Shown: one piece after another, positions 36,401 through 49,200 of the stretch
How positions within the stretch are numbered: the first letter of the stretch is position 1
Layout of the letters: every line of letters begins with the position of its first letter
Origin: Octopus sinensis
Taxonomy: Eukaryota
NCBI RefSeq assembly: GCF_006345805.1
Contig: NC_043001.1
Location: forward strand, 120,714,001-120,778,000
Direction of reading: 5' to 3'
DNA: 64,000 nucleotides
The notes under the pieces: model-generated
Database searches by the model: none
The model's input: the letters and a program-made list of their open reading frames with translations, nothing else
Told to the model about the DNA's origin: nothing
Made by a program: the position numbers and the translations under genes

Positions 36401-38471
36401 CAGAGTGCAGAGAGTCAAAACAAATACCACAAGGTATTCTACCCATCATCCCCTTCTGAGGTCAGAAAAACGATAAGAAAAAGTCATATCACCCACGACC
36501 CTCTATTTAAAACGATCTATCTCTATGCAAAATTTCAACTACCCAGGTTAAAAACTGTGGCCAATAACTTGGAACATAGACTTTCTTTTGTATATTAAGA
36601 TTTAATCTATCTAGTGTTGATATTTATCCAAATATATTTGAACATTTAAAAAGAAAAAAGTGGGTAGCAAATATATTGGAATAATTTCAACAACAAAATA
36701 TGTTGAACTCACCAAATTGATTTTCTTATTGTTATTTTAATTTTTATTATATTTTTGCTTTCATTTTTCAATTGTATGTACATTTATTTTCTTTTAATAT
36801 TTTCTTCAAAAATTCAATAGATTTTTTTTGGTCTTTTTTTGTTTGTTTTTTGATTCTATGAAAAGATAATCTTTAATGAAGTCTTGTTTTTGTTTCAGAT
36901 ATCTTTTTATTTTATTTTTAATCATTATTTTTTAATTTTTTTGTGGAATGGAACTATGATAAAGAAATAACTTTCATTCGATAAAATTAGGTGCATTCGC
37001 ATATGTATGTATCGTATGTGCAGTGTGTGTGTGTGTGTGGAAAGTCTACTCATTGCATAAAATAGTTTCATTTTCTTTCCCTTTTTCTTCTGTTCTGTAT
37101 TTGAAGAAATCTGTTCTGCTAAATCAATATAAAAGATTACTTTGCTTGCTTGTTATGCAGTATCGTATCCAATAACACTGCCAGGTTTGATCTGTTGGTG
37201 GAGAATAACTGTCCTATATTGGTTACAGAAAATAGGTCAGCATACAACCTTGCAGTATGTGTTTGTGACCTTATCAATTGAAGATTCAATGAAGGTCCAG
37301 CGATTGATTACTCAGCTTGATCAACTTACACCCCATCTTTATATACAACCTTCCTAGTGATTAGAGCATTAGTCTCACAATCAGGAAGTCAAGAGTCCAA
37401 TTCCTGAATCAGGCAGTGCCTTATATCTTTGAGCAAGGCATTTCATCTTACATTGCTTCACAGTCTACTTGGTTGTAATGAGTACCAACTAGTGCTGATA
37501 CAGCCACCCCACTCTCACTCATTCTTTCTCACTTGTCACATCCCCAATGTTCTTCTAGTGGGAGGACTAAAAATGTGTCTATCCTTGTAACTACACAGGC
37601 GTCTAAAACAATTAATGAAAGCATAGGACATGATTTTGCTTTTCTGATGGTTGCCTACAAAAATCAGTTTGTTCTATTGATGAAAGAAATACTAGTAATA
37701 TACTAAGAATAATTAAATTAATGGTACATAATCTTCACTAAAATATGTCGTATTTCACTGTCTGATAAATACTAACAGCTCCTATTATTTATGTACACTC
37801 CTTTCCAGACTGATTTGTAAAGTTGTTAGAAATAAGTAGTGGGGTTAACTCAGTAAACTTATTACTCCATACCTATTCTTTTGCTGGGTTCAATTATCAT
37901 TGCAGCATTGTAGGGTCACTGAGCTCAAGAGATTTGGTGCCAATTAGTTATACTATTTACTTTGGTACTCATTTCATCAATTTCTATTCAGTTTGAGTTA
38001 ACTGTCAGTTACCTTCCTTTGTTAAATTTATCTTTTACAGTTGTACATATATGTATATTATACACATCTAAATATCACCATCATCAGATGTCCAATTTAC
38101 AAATTGGCTTCACTTGAAAAGGCCATCACAGTCCAAATCAATTCCATGTTGAATTTGAAAGTACTGCCTTCCTTGGCCTTGTCAGAGAAGCACATTTTTT
38201 TTGTACATTTTATATTTGTATGATTTCCAGAGGATTCCCTTCCTAACACTAACCACTTTTCAGAATGTATTTAGTGCATTTAGTTTTGGTTACAGCTCTA
38301 GTGAATATACTTTGCATCCTACAGGACAGAAAGGGTACTAAATACTCTAATTAGTCTCTGTTCATTTGCTACTACATGACCAACGGAGACAGAGAGAGGA
38401 TTACTGTTGAAAATGAACAGGAGTGGGAAGGAGAAAGAAGAGAGAGTGTTACTGGGGAAACAGTTATTGGA

Positions 38472-38690
38472 ATCATCATCATCATCGTTTAATGTCATAT
38501 CTCCATGCTGGCACGTGCTGGATGGTTTGACTGAGGACTGGCAAGCTAGGAGGCTGCACCAGACCTGATAAGGTTTCTACAGCTGGATGCCCTTCCTAAC
38601 ACCAACCACTCCGAGAGTATAGTGGATGCTTTTTACGTGCCACCAGCATGGGAGCCAATCAGGCAGCACTGGCATCGATCATGCTCAAAT
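38472..38690 (-). mobile_element. RTE-type retroelement 3' tail ending in (GAT)n
   Basis: (CAT)n CGTTTAATGTC...CCATGCTGGCAC...CTGGATGCCCTTCCTAACACCAACCACT. Other copies occur at about 33985-34145, 44690-45062 and 61555-61735 (+). Confidence 0.7.
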
Positions 38691-38979
38691 ATCTGGTGAA
38701 TATGGAGGGTGGGGTAACACTTCCCAGCTGAGCTGCAACAATTTTTGTCTGGTTCCCAAAGCATCAGGTACCGAAAATGAACTTTCTTATCTTCCATTTT
38801 AAAGGGTTACAGAATTAACACAGGTTATAGGAACATAAACCTTCTTCCACGAAAAGATAGCTTAAACTATGCTCTAAATGGAGGTGTATTCAAGTCCTAT
38901 TTTATAGACTCAACCATGTTCTAAAATAAGTCGAAAGGTAAGCTACTATAAATCGGCACAAATTTTCCGGACAACCCAA
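38691..38979 (-). mobile_element. Second, truncated copy of the non-autonomous mariner seen at 13905
   Basis: Reverse complement of 13905-14200, including the same CTGATGCTTTGGGAACCAGAC junction. The TIR ends CCGGACAACCCAA plus TA. Confidence 0.9.
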
Positions 38980-40769
38980 TAATTTCAGTAACAAATCCAC
39001 TTCTAATGCCATTGAACATTTTTAGTTCGATATTGAAGGAAAAATAGGTAGCATATATACAGTGGTGTTCAGTTAGTTGTAGAAATCTGTTGAACTGATC
39101 AGGGAATTAGAATTATCAGCATATGATTAACAAGTTTATTTCAACTAATGAAAGAACCTGTACATAGTCACTTAACCTGCTAAAGAAAAATAGCCAAATC
39201 TCTCTCGAATCAAACCCTACCATCTTTGAAAAGAAAAACTAGAATCTTAAACTATATTATCCAGGGGAGCAAAGACAGACTTGTTACCACAGGAATCTCT
39301 TTTGTCATTAGTCCATTTAATCAAGTCTGGTCTGGGGTTAAATAACACCAGCATTACAAATTTATTTCTCTCGACAAAATAATTAATTCTTCTCACATTA
39401 GGTTATAATTCTGAAAACTAGGTTACCTGCTGTTTCTTGTAAAGAGCCATAATATTCCAGCCAAGGAAATTTTTTTTTTTCCTCATACATTCTGACATTT
39501 GAGAAAATAAGTTCTACAAACTACTGTCATTGATGAAAGTATTAACATTTCCAAATTTCACCTAATCACCTGTATTATAAGCAGCTTTTAATCAAAGGTG
39601 TTGTGTAATCACCTTATACACAAGCAAAATATCTACCTATTAGTGGTGATGGTGGTAGATGTTTACATAAACTGAGTGTTTAACTTGGGATTGGGTGTTG
39701 CACATCAATCCATATATGGAACTTATCAGAGCAGCTGCAGAATAGACTGAATAACAATGCAGGTAGCTTTATGCAAATGCTAGAAATAACAGTCAAATCT
39801 CTTTTCTTATCCCACACAATGATCATAGAAAAGAACAAGTTGTTCATGCTCTGGATTCATCGACTGTGGCTAAAAAAACAGGATGGTCACATTTGGAATG
39901 CTTATAATCATTAGTCTGCCTGATCAGAGCTGATTTTAGACTAAAAAACAATTATTGGTTACCTTTTTTCATTGTGATAGCTCAAATTGTTTAGCATCCA
40001 CCCAGAGGGTAAAAGATATAATATAATCACTCTCACTTTGAAATATACATCCAGATGTTGCACAGACATGACTCTTTGAGCAAATGTATAGCCTTGAGAT
40101 GACCAAAGCCTTGCGAGTGAATTTGGTAGATGGAAACTGAAAAGAAGCCTCAGTGTGTGTGTGAGTATAGACAGTATCATGTCCAGAGAGAAGATTTATC
40201 TCTCTTCCCTACACTATGGAAACTGAAATTAAGTTCTCATTCAAGGAAGGCCAATGTTTTATTAAAAGTTTAGCCTTTTTTTATAAGATTTATAATTTAA
40301 TAAATATAATTATCCATTAATTGATAATACTATTAATTGTTTCAAAATTAAGTACAAGGTTAGAAATTTTTAGGAGAAGCAGGGTTTAGTCAGTACCATC
40401 AACTCCAGTACTTGACTGGTCAAGCATAGATGTGTGGTATGAAGCTTGCTTCCCAACCACATGGTTCCATGTTCAGTCCCTCTGTGTGGCACCTTGAGCA
40501 AGTTTCTGCTACTATAGCTTCAAGCTGACCAAAATCCTGTGAGTGTGTGTCATTGTTTGTCCCCGCATCACTGCTTGATAACCGGTTTTGGTTGTGTTTA
40601 CATCCCTGTAACTTAGTGGTTTGGCAAAAGAGACTGATAGAAAAAGTACTAAGCTTAAAAAATAAGCCCTGGGGTCAATTTGTTTGACTAAAACCTCTAA
40701 AGATGGTACTCTATGGCCACAGTCAAATGACTGAAACAAGTAACAGAGTAACCTAGGAATGAGGTGTTA

Positions 40770-41760
40770 GATTCCTGAAGGACGCTATCTTGTCTGTCTC
40801 TTCTGCAGGTGAGAATGTTGAAGTTGTTGACTGTTTCACTTGACTTGGCAGTGTGATCCAAAGCAGCATCAGCTGTGAGTACAAAGCCTTAAAAAGACTT
40901 AAAAATGTACTGGTGCAGTTGTGAACTTCATTGGACAAGGGTGTTTGGTGCTGTTACTATCTGAGAGGAAGGACATAGGTTCAGGTCTTAAGGCCTCTGG
41001 TCTCCCTGACTTGCTCTCTATTTGCAAGACTTGGACAGGAACTACCTGAACTCTTCTGGTACCAGGATGTTTTGTAGGATTGACATGTCCCTTAACCTCT
41101 TAGGGGTCATTGAGGTGCTGCAGCCATGTAATGTATCTAAAATGAGAAAGTCCGATTAAGTCCATCCCTCTCCAGGCTAAACTCATTTCAACAGCTGAGT
41201 GTACGGGAGCAACCTGAAATGAAGTGTTTTGTTCAAGAACACAGTGGTTTGCCCGGTCCAGGGATCAAAACCACAATTTTATGATCACGAGTCCAATACC
41301 CTAACTACTAAGCAATGTGCTTCCACTAGTGGTAGTCATTTCTACAGTTAAGAGGACTGGAGAAATGTGAAGTGAAGTGTTTTGCTCAAGAACACAACAC
41401 ATCACCCAATCCAGGAAACGAAACCACAATCTTACAATCGTGAGTTCAACACCCTAACCACTAAGCCACGCACCTCCACTTCATATAATTATGGGTTACC
41501 ATTAGTCAGATTTCACATCCAACCAACAATTATACTCAGAAACTGAAATGCATCCTGTTACTTGTACGATTCAGATGCATCAGTTCAGATAGTTCGGTCA
41601 TGTTGCTCAATTTTCCAAATTGGATCCTGTGTATCATGTTTGCTTTTCCGAGGATCCGCCTGGGGTAACACCTTGTGTTGGTCAACCACATGCCACATGA
41701 TCACAACAGATGAAGAAATATCTTGCAGAGATTGGAAGTGACAGCAAAGCTGCTTGAAAG
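40770..41760 (+). mobile_element. RTE LINE 3' coding remnant split by OK-type SINE insertions (41082-41484)
   Basis: GENVEVVDCFT*LGSVI...FCRI at 40808-41081 resumes as IMGYH*SDFTSNQQL...QFR*FGHVAQF..DP at 41485-41700. Confidence 0.75.
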
Positions 41761-42580
41761 GTTACTCAGGATGACCTGAACCATTACTGACAAATGGCAC
41801 ATGCCCCCCATACCTGACCTGACCCTGGAAGGATGAAGGACAAAATTGACGTCAGTGGGATTTGAACTCAGAATATAAAGGGCTGAAACAAATACTGTAC
41901 AGCATTTTGTCCAGTGCTCTGATTCTACCAATTTACCTCTTTGATTTTATACAACTGATAATGCAAAATTATTTTGGCCTGTTTATCACTACAATTTTTT
42001 TTAAATTCTTTGTTCAGTTCATATGTTTATTCATCAACTTCAACTCATTTGCAGTCAGAATAATGAAAACAGTAACTCATTATTGTCTGAATTCTTCAAA
42101 TGTCACTCTTCAAAATACATACCATTCCTCCTTCTCAATTCAGCGCACAATATTTGTGATTCAGTTGAATTGTTGTGACATAGTTCTTTTGATCTTGTCA
42201 GTTTGATGTGTACCTCATAAACAAATTCCTTTTTGTGTGTGTGTCTTTGTAAGTATGTGTGTGAAAACAAAGAAAAGATTAAATAAATATAAGCTAGAGT
42301 CATTAACATGAAGTTTTAAAATGTTAACATAAACCTTTTGCTATAATTTATATGTAACTCACACCTTCAATTGGTACACATACATACACTCGTACATAAA
42401 AGCATACTTATATATACATGCACAACCATACGAGTGTGTGTGTATATTAGTTCCATCAACATACTTTCAATCTGTAATACTGTATTATTAATGCAATTCA
42501 AATATTGAATCTGTCGTAAATTAATTTTGACTTAGAAAAAAATTAGCTATTATGGATACATGTGTGGCTGAGTGAGTAAG

Positions 42581-42663
42581 CCGGCAACCGAGGGAGCAAG
42601 CCGGCAACCAAGGGAGCAAGCCGGCAACCAAGGGAGCAAGCCGGCAGCCGAGGGAGCAAGCCG
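42581..42663 (+). repeat. 20-bp tandem repeat CCGGCAACC(G/A)AGGGAGCAAG x4
   Basis: Directly visible. The unit equals the RTE codons for QPREQA(G). Confidence 0.95.
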
Positions 42664-43779
42664 CCTTCTAGAAGGACCACAGCATGATTGACCATATATT
42701 TACTCTAACACACCTGCTTGAGCAAGCGAATGAGTACAAGCTGCCTCTTTGCGTTGCGTTTGTAGACTACGAGAAGGCCTTCGACAGCATCGAAACGAAT
42801 GCAGTGATGAACTCACTGCAGGGGCAAGGAGTCGAGGTGCAATGCCTTCAATTCTTATTTCATAACATTAAATCAAACCCAAAAGCCTTCTTTCATTATG
42901 CGAAAGAAACAGCCTCAGTACGCTGCAAGATAGGACCCCTCTTCCAAAAGGATGGCTCCCTCACAGATAGTCCAACTAAGATCAGTGAGATACTGAATGA
43001 CCAGTTCAAACAAGTGAACAAACCAGTGGACTTCTTTGCTGCCTCACCTATAACCAGCGAGGTAGTTATGATGGAATACATTAACATTAGTGAAGACGAT
43101 ATACTACTAGCCATAGATGAAGTGGACACAGACTCAACTGCTGGTTCTGATGGTTTCCCAGCAATCCTCCTCAAATTGTGTAAGCATGCCCTGGCAAAAG
43201 CCTTCCAGATTTTCTTCCAGAGCTTTCTTGCAAATGGCAAACTGCCAAGCATGCTGAAGGAGGGAATAATATGCCCAATCCATGAAGGGGAAAGCAGAGA
43301 AGATGCCAAAAGCTATAGGTCTGTCTCTCTGACTTCACACATCAGCAAAGTCATTGAACGGATAGTAGAGGGAAACTAATCGCATTTCCAGAATCAAATA
43401 GTGTGTGTGATCTTGGAATAGAAATGAGCAACAATACCTCATTTCACACACAAATCAAGAAAATGGCAGCAGTATCCAGAAGACTGGCCGGTTGGATTCT
43501 GAAAACCTTCCGGACAAGGTATCAAGAAACTATGATGACACTATGGAAGTCATTTATCCTCAGCCAACTGGACTACTGCTCTCAGCTATGGTCACCTTAT
43601 ACTACAAGGACGATAGCAGAGCTTGAAGCAGTCCAGCGACATTACACAAAGAAAATTGCATCTATGAAACAATTGAGTTACTGGGACAGGTTGAAAGAGC
43701 TGCAACTCTATTCCCTGGAACAAAGGTGGGAGAGGTATGCAGTGATATATATATATATATATTATATAATATATATATA

Positions 43780-44089
43780 CCAATTAAGGACTGAACACGA
43801 AAAGGTGGACAGTCAACATGCTAGATATAGACGTCAATCGCCATTCTCCACAAAGATTTTGTTCTCAAATAAAATAAAATTCAGCACGACCTAAAGCATG
43901 GATGAGACAAAAGAAATATACTAAATGGAATAATTACTCCATTTAGTATATTTCTTTTGTCTCATCCATTGCTTTAGGTCTGCTGAATTTTATTTTTATT
44001 TGAGAACAAAATCTTTGTGGAGAATGGCGATTTGACGTCTATATCTAGCATGTTGACTGTCCACCTTTTCGTGTTCAGTCCTTAATTGG
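43780..44089. repeat. 310-bp near-perfect palindrome (154/156-bp arms, essentially no loop) in a (TA)n tract
   Basis: The left arm CCAATTAAGGACTGAACACG... is the reverse complement of ...CGTGTTCAGTCCTTAATTGG. The centre is GGAATAA|TTACTCC (43933/43934). There are four 1-bp indels and one substitution. Confidence 0.97.
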
Positions 44090-44178
44090 TATATATAAAT
44101 ATTTTAATCTTCGGATTCTTTTTAATGTGCTAGACCACTGGTTTTAATTGACTAATATCAATTTCTACCCTTAATTTT

Positions 44179-44223
<45 letters not shown>

Positions 44224-44599
44224 CGGGAAGGACTGGTACCAAACTTTGGAATAAAGAGCTATACCAGACCACAACGATGTACTGCAATAGCTTGTGGTTT
44301 CAAGGGCCCACAGCTGTTTTACTGTCTGCCAAATCATCTGAGGAGCTTCCATGGAGTGGATGTAGATATTTTCAAACATGAACTTGACCTCTGGCTTGCC
44401 GAGATCCCAGAAAGCATGGAAAGCAGACATTAAATGATGATGATATATATATATATATTTATACATATATATATTTTTTGTACATATATATATATATTTT
44501 TAAACATATATATATTATATATTTTTTATTCATATATATATTTTTTATTCATATATATATTTTTTATTCATATATATATTTTTTATTCATATATATATA

Positions 44600-44662
<63 letters not shown>

Positions 44663-45320
44663 TTTATATAAAGTACGTAGATAGGCAGAGAAATCACAAA
44701 TCTCTTCAGGTCAATGTGTTGGGCCTCACATAAGCAAAGTAGCTGAGTTCCTTTCAAGAGTTGGGCCTCACAGAGGCAATGACTGAGACCATTGGCATTA
44801 TGTCATGTTTGAGGAGAAGACCCATCAAGCCAAGCAAACTCGCAGATGTGGTAGATGCTGGTGTCATGCAAATTGGCACCCATGCTGGTGGCACGTAAAT
44901 GCAGCCATTATGCTCTCAGAGTGGTTGGCGTTAGGAAGGGCATCCAACCATAGAAAATCATACCAAATCAGACTGGAGTCTAGTGCAGCCTTCCAGTGTA
45001 CCAGCCCAGTGAAACCATCCAACCCATGCCAGCATGGACAACGGATGTTAAACGATGATGATATATATATATATATATATATATTCATACACGCACACTC
45101 ATTTATTCGATGTCAGTTTTTCTATGCAAGCACTGCTTAGAAGAATACTTATCACTGAGGCATTGTTTTATGATGACCAAATGCCCTTTTTAGTGCCAGC
45201 CTTTAACTGTTTTTCAAGTAGAGAAGCTTACATTTCAATCCTCTTCAAGAATGCAGGGCTATCAATTTAACAAGTGTGTTGAAAACATAACTCCATCAGC
45301 TCAACTCTGCAAAACATAAG

Positions 45321-45425
<105 letters not shown>

Positions 45426-45479
45426 TATACACAGTTTTCAAACAAGAGCATAGTTCCATAAAAATGCCAGCAGAATACA

Positions 45480-46200
45480 AAGAAAAAAATATATATTCCC
45501 ATAAATTTATTATTAATGCTGGAACACAAGAGTTGTCTCAGACTCAGATAGATTGGAAATATGGATGAAATTCCTTTGAATTTTGATGTGCAGGCTAATC
45601 TAAATGTAAATGTAAAAGAGATAAGAGCAGGGACTGTTAAAACCATTGGGCATGATAAGGTTCACTACACAGCAGTTTTAGTTGGATGTGTTGATGAGAC
45701 CAAACAACTGCCTCAGTTAATTTTCATGGTAAAAGCAATTATCAAAGAAAAACTGCCAAATGGCATTCATGTTATTGTACAATCCAAGAGATCAATATAT
45801 GAAGGAGGCAAGATATGGTTGGTAAAAATATGGTCCAAGTGTCCCGGTGGTCTGCTATGAACATAATCACTGCTCATATGAGATCAGTGTAATGCTCACA
45901 AGTCTGAAAGCATCAAAATGCTAGCAAAGAGGCTAAACACACTGCTGACAATAATTCCTGGTGGTGTCTTCCCAGTTACAGCCACTAGATATCAGCTTAA
46001 TGAGCACTTCAAGAATGTCATGAGTGAGCAATTGAATAAATGGATGATGGAGAGGAGTTGTGACAGGAGGCCAACCGGAAAGATGAAACACCTGTCAATA
46101 TGGGTGTCAAGGAATGCTGAACTTGTGATCTGATATTAAAACTAAAGTTATCCTTAAGTTTTTTAAAACATATGGTGTTATTAATGTTATAGATGGTAGT
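45480..46200 (+). mobile_element. Degenerate pogo-family (DDE_1, POGK-like) transposase fragment
   Basis: IGNMDEIPLNFD...KTIGHDK...PGGLL...SLLI*DQCNAHK...IIPGG..QLQPLDISLNEHFK, with stops and a frameshift. Confidence 0.85.
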
Positions 46201-49200
46201 ATAGACAACTTTTTGAATGAGACTGACAATAATGATAAAGATTCTTCTTATAATGATTCAGAGCTTGATTATGAATTCAGCAATGAAAAGTTGTCATGAC
46301 TTGAAAAACGAATACTATATTTTTAACTATTTTACTAGTAAAGGATTTTAGAGATGCACAGACTTTTGTAATTTTTATTTCCTTACCTGAAATTTTAATT
46401 TGTCTGATTTGTACCAAAGAACTTCTTTACTTTTTCTTATCAAAATAAATATAGACTTTGATATACATATGCTTGTCTCAACAAATAGAACATATTTTTC
46501 ATCGCTGTGATTTGGATAAAATCAAAAGACAAAGATTATAAATACTGCAGCCAATTAAATGAGTTGATGAGGGTTTATTGTATTAGAAGGTATCTGCATA
46601 TTTATCAGGTTATTTATTAAAACATTGATGATATAATGACTGATAACTGGCTGGGGTTGGCTGAGACCTATTCACACAATTGAACTGTGCCTGATGGTTC
46701 ATTGTCATCTACCTGGGATGGTTGACAGAAGTCATTGTCAGACACCACTATCTTGTAGGAGATCAGCAGCAGCAGATGTGGTATGATCACCATGGTGTGT
46801 TGTATGAATAATTTCAGGACAGTTTTGTACTACAATGATGCCTCACAGCAAACCCCCAGGTAGGTGAGCCTTGTCTGGCAATTTCACTCAACAACAAACA
46901 TGAGCACTCCAGTTTTGTCTGATTAGAAATTTAGCATGTGCCCACTGACCTCTGCCCCATTATGTGGACAGGGCTTTAATGAGTATCAAAATTTTTTTCC
47001 TAGAATTATAATTTCCAAACTACCCAGTATGCATCTTCCGTGATGCAGCGTCTACCATGCATTAGAATGTGATAGATGTGATCAACTAAAACCCTAATGT
47101 CATTAAAATAGAAGGTGGTGGATAATTATTTCAAAAAAAAAAAAGACTGATTGATGAAAACTTAAATGTTGTTGATCATAGATCTGATTCATCAATTCTG
47201 ACTTGGGGCTAAGCAACAAAGGAATAAATAAGGAAGCCTCTATGTGTCACTTAATCTTTTAGCCAAATGTCTCTTAAACTGCTCCTGTATGGCTGCAGTT
47301 CAGTGATTGAAATATGTAAAAGAATATTACAAAACAGAATCCAAAGAGACTGGTAGTGGTCTACATTGGCCAGATTTTCACTTGTCCATGCTAGCATGAG
47401 TTAAAACTGGAAGTTATTTTTTGGCAAGATTTTACAGCTAGATATTCTTTCTGTCATCAATCCACACCTGTTTTTCTGGTATGGTATTTTTATATTTAAC
47501 AAACCTTTTAAAGCACAGAGGGACCCTTGATAATGTTGACATCAGCACCATTTTGCTCACACAGTAACAAAAACAACATGCAGATATTCGCTCACGCACA
47601 CGCACGATGGACTGAAATACAACTTCCACTCCCAAATTCATTCACAGGGCATTGGTTGAACTGAGGTAATAGTAGAAGACGCTCGCTTAACAACGTGACT
47701 CAATCCAAAACGATGTCATTTCCAGCAAACTTCTTTAACATAGCCATGTTTATGCCTATATTTCTGTTTGTTGAATGTTCTCAAAACTCAAATTAGATCA
47801 GACACCATTGAAGTTTGTTTATTGTTTTGCTCTCTTCAGTCTTTCATGTTCTGTCACTGAAAATAAAAATAAGTCATGTAATTAAGTACTTCTCTTTGCA
47901 GGGAAACAGTTCTAGGTTCAATCTTACTGTGCACTTACTGGGCTGTTATCTGCTGTTGTAGCCTTGTGCATTGAGTTCCATTTTGTAGATGGAAATTGTG
48001 AAGAAGCCTGCCTTGTGCAGGTATACAATGGGTGTCTTATGGATGGATCGATCAATTGATCAGTATCTGTTTTTATGTTTACTGGTGTGTTAAGATGTGT
48101 CACTTTATCAGTATCTTAGTGATCCATTATAAAGATGGATAAAATAAGTATCATGCCAACATATGTACTGAGTTTGATATAATCATCTAAAACTCTTCAA
48201 GTTGCTACCCCAGCATTGTTTCAGTCCAGTGAGAGAAGTTCATCAAATCGAATAAATCCTTCCACTGGCCTCAAATGGCTCATAAGAAGCTTAGGTTCAC
48301 CAGATAAGAACTATATCTTCCAAATTATCTTGAATAAATATTCCTAATGGTAGTGTACAGAAATGCATAAGATAGAGTTTGCTACCCAAAAGAGTCAGTG
48401 CCATTGCTCAACCTGCTAGAAATGGCTGTCAAATCTCCCTTAAACCATGTTATTAAGTCATTATAAAGGAGCATGTTGGATAATGTATTCCATAGTATCT
48501 AACTATATCTGGAAAGACTGATTGGTCAAAGTTTAAATGCTGTTGATCATAGGTCTGCTTTATCAATCCTGACTTGGGGCTAAAGAATAACAACCAAAGA
48601 GTAAATTAGGGAGCCACTTAATCTTTTAGAAATAGCAGCCAAACGTCTCTTAAACTACATTGCATTAAAAGAGTGATGCATTGGACAATATAGTCCATGA
48701 TACATATTGAAAAAGTGGGAATGATATTGATTTGAGTGTGTTTGATTGTAGGACTTCAGAACTTAGGTGAACCTGGGGCTAAAAAGCAACGACAAAAGGC
48801 TAACCTATCAGCTGGTCATAGATTCAAATCATTACCACTCATCCAGTTTGCTTCTACTGACTATAAAAGCTTACCTGATCTATAAAATCTGCTTAGCTTT
48901 CTCTTTAATATTTAAAACTACATTAATTATACTTTAATTACATCCAGGTTTGCTGTTTTATTTTCTAAATAGCTGAGTGTAGTTCTATAAATTAAGCTGA
49001 TAATATGAGGAACATTGTTATTTTAATGGTAAATATATATGTGAAATAATATAGGTTAATGTTATGACAAAGTTATCAACCTTCAAATATTGTTAATAGC
49101 AGAAGAGGTAGGAGTGTGAGTGTTGGCAGAGATGGTAGTACACTAGCCTAAATTCTTTATATAGTAGTATCACAGTTTAAGCCCTATATTCAAATGAGTT

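Larger units (their letters stand above)
42578..44444 (+). mobile_element. Composite LINE remnant: RTE RT fragment + CR1-like internal and C-terminal pieces + RTE-type tail
   Basis: 42578-42836 encodes QPREQA..DHIFTL...VAFVDYEKAFDSIE (RTE). 42837-43392 encodes NIKSNPKAFFHY...SLTSHISKVIERIV (CR1 pre-RT). 43393-44410 encodes DLGI...LDYCSQLWSP...YSLEQRWERY..EGLVPNFGI. 44413-44444 is AGCATGGAAAGCAGACATTAAATGATGATGAT. Confidence 0.85.

Noticed and set aside
42581-42663. Regular 20-bp repeats as a CRISPR-like array
   Set aside because: The units are contiguous with no spacers, the genome is eukaryotic, and the unit is RTE coding sequence.
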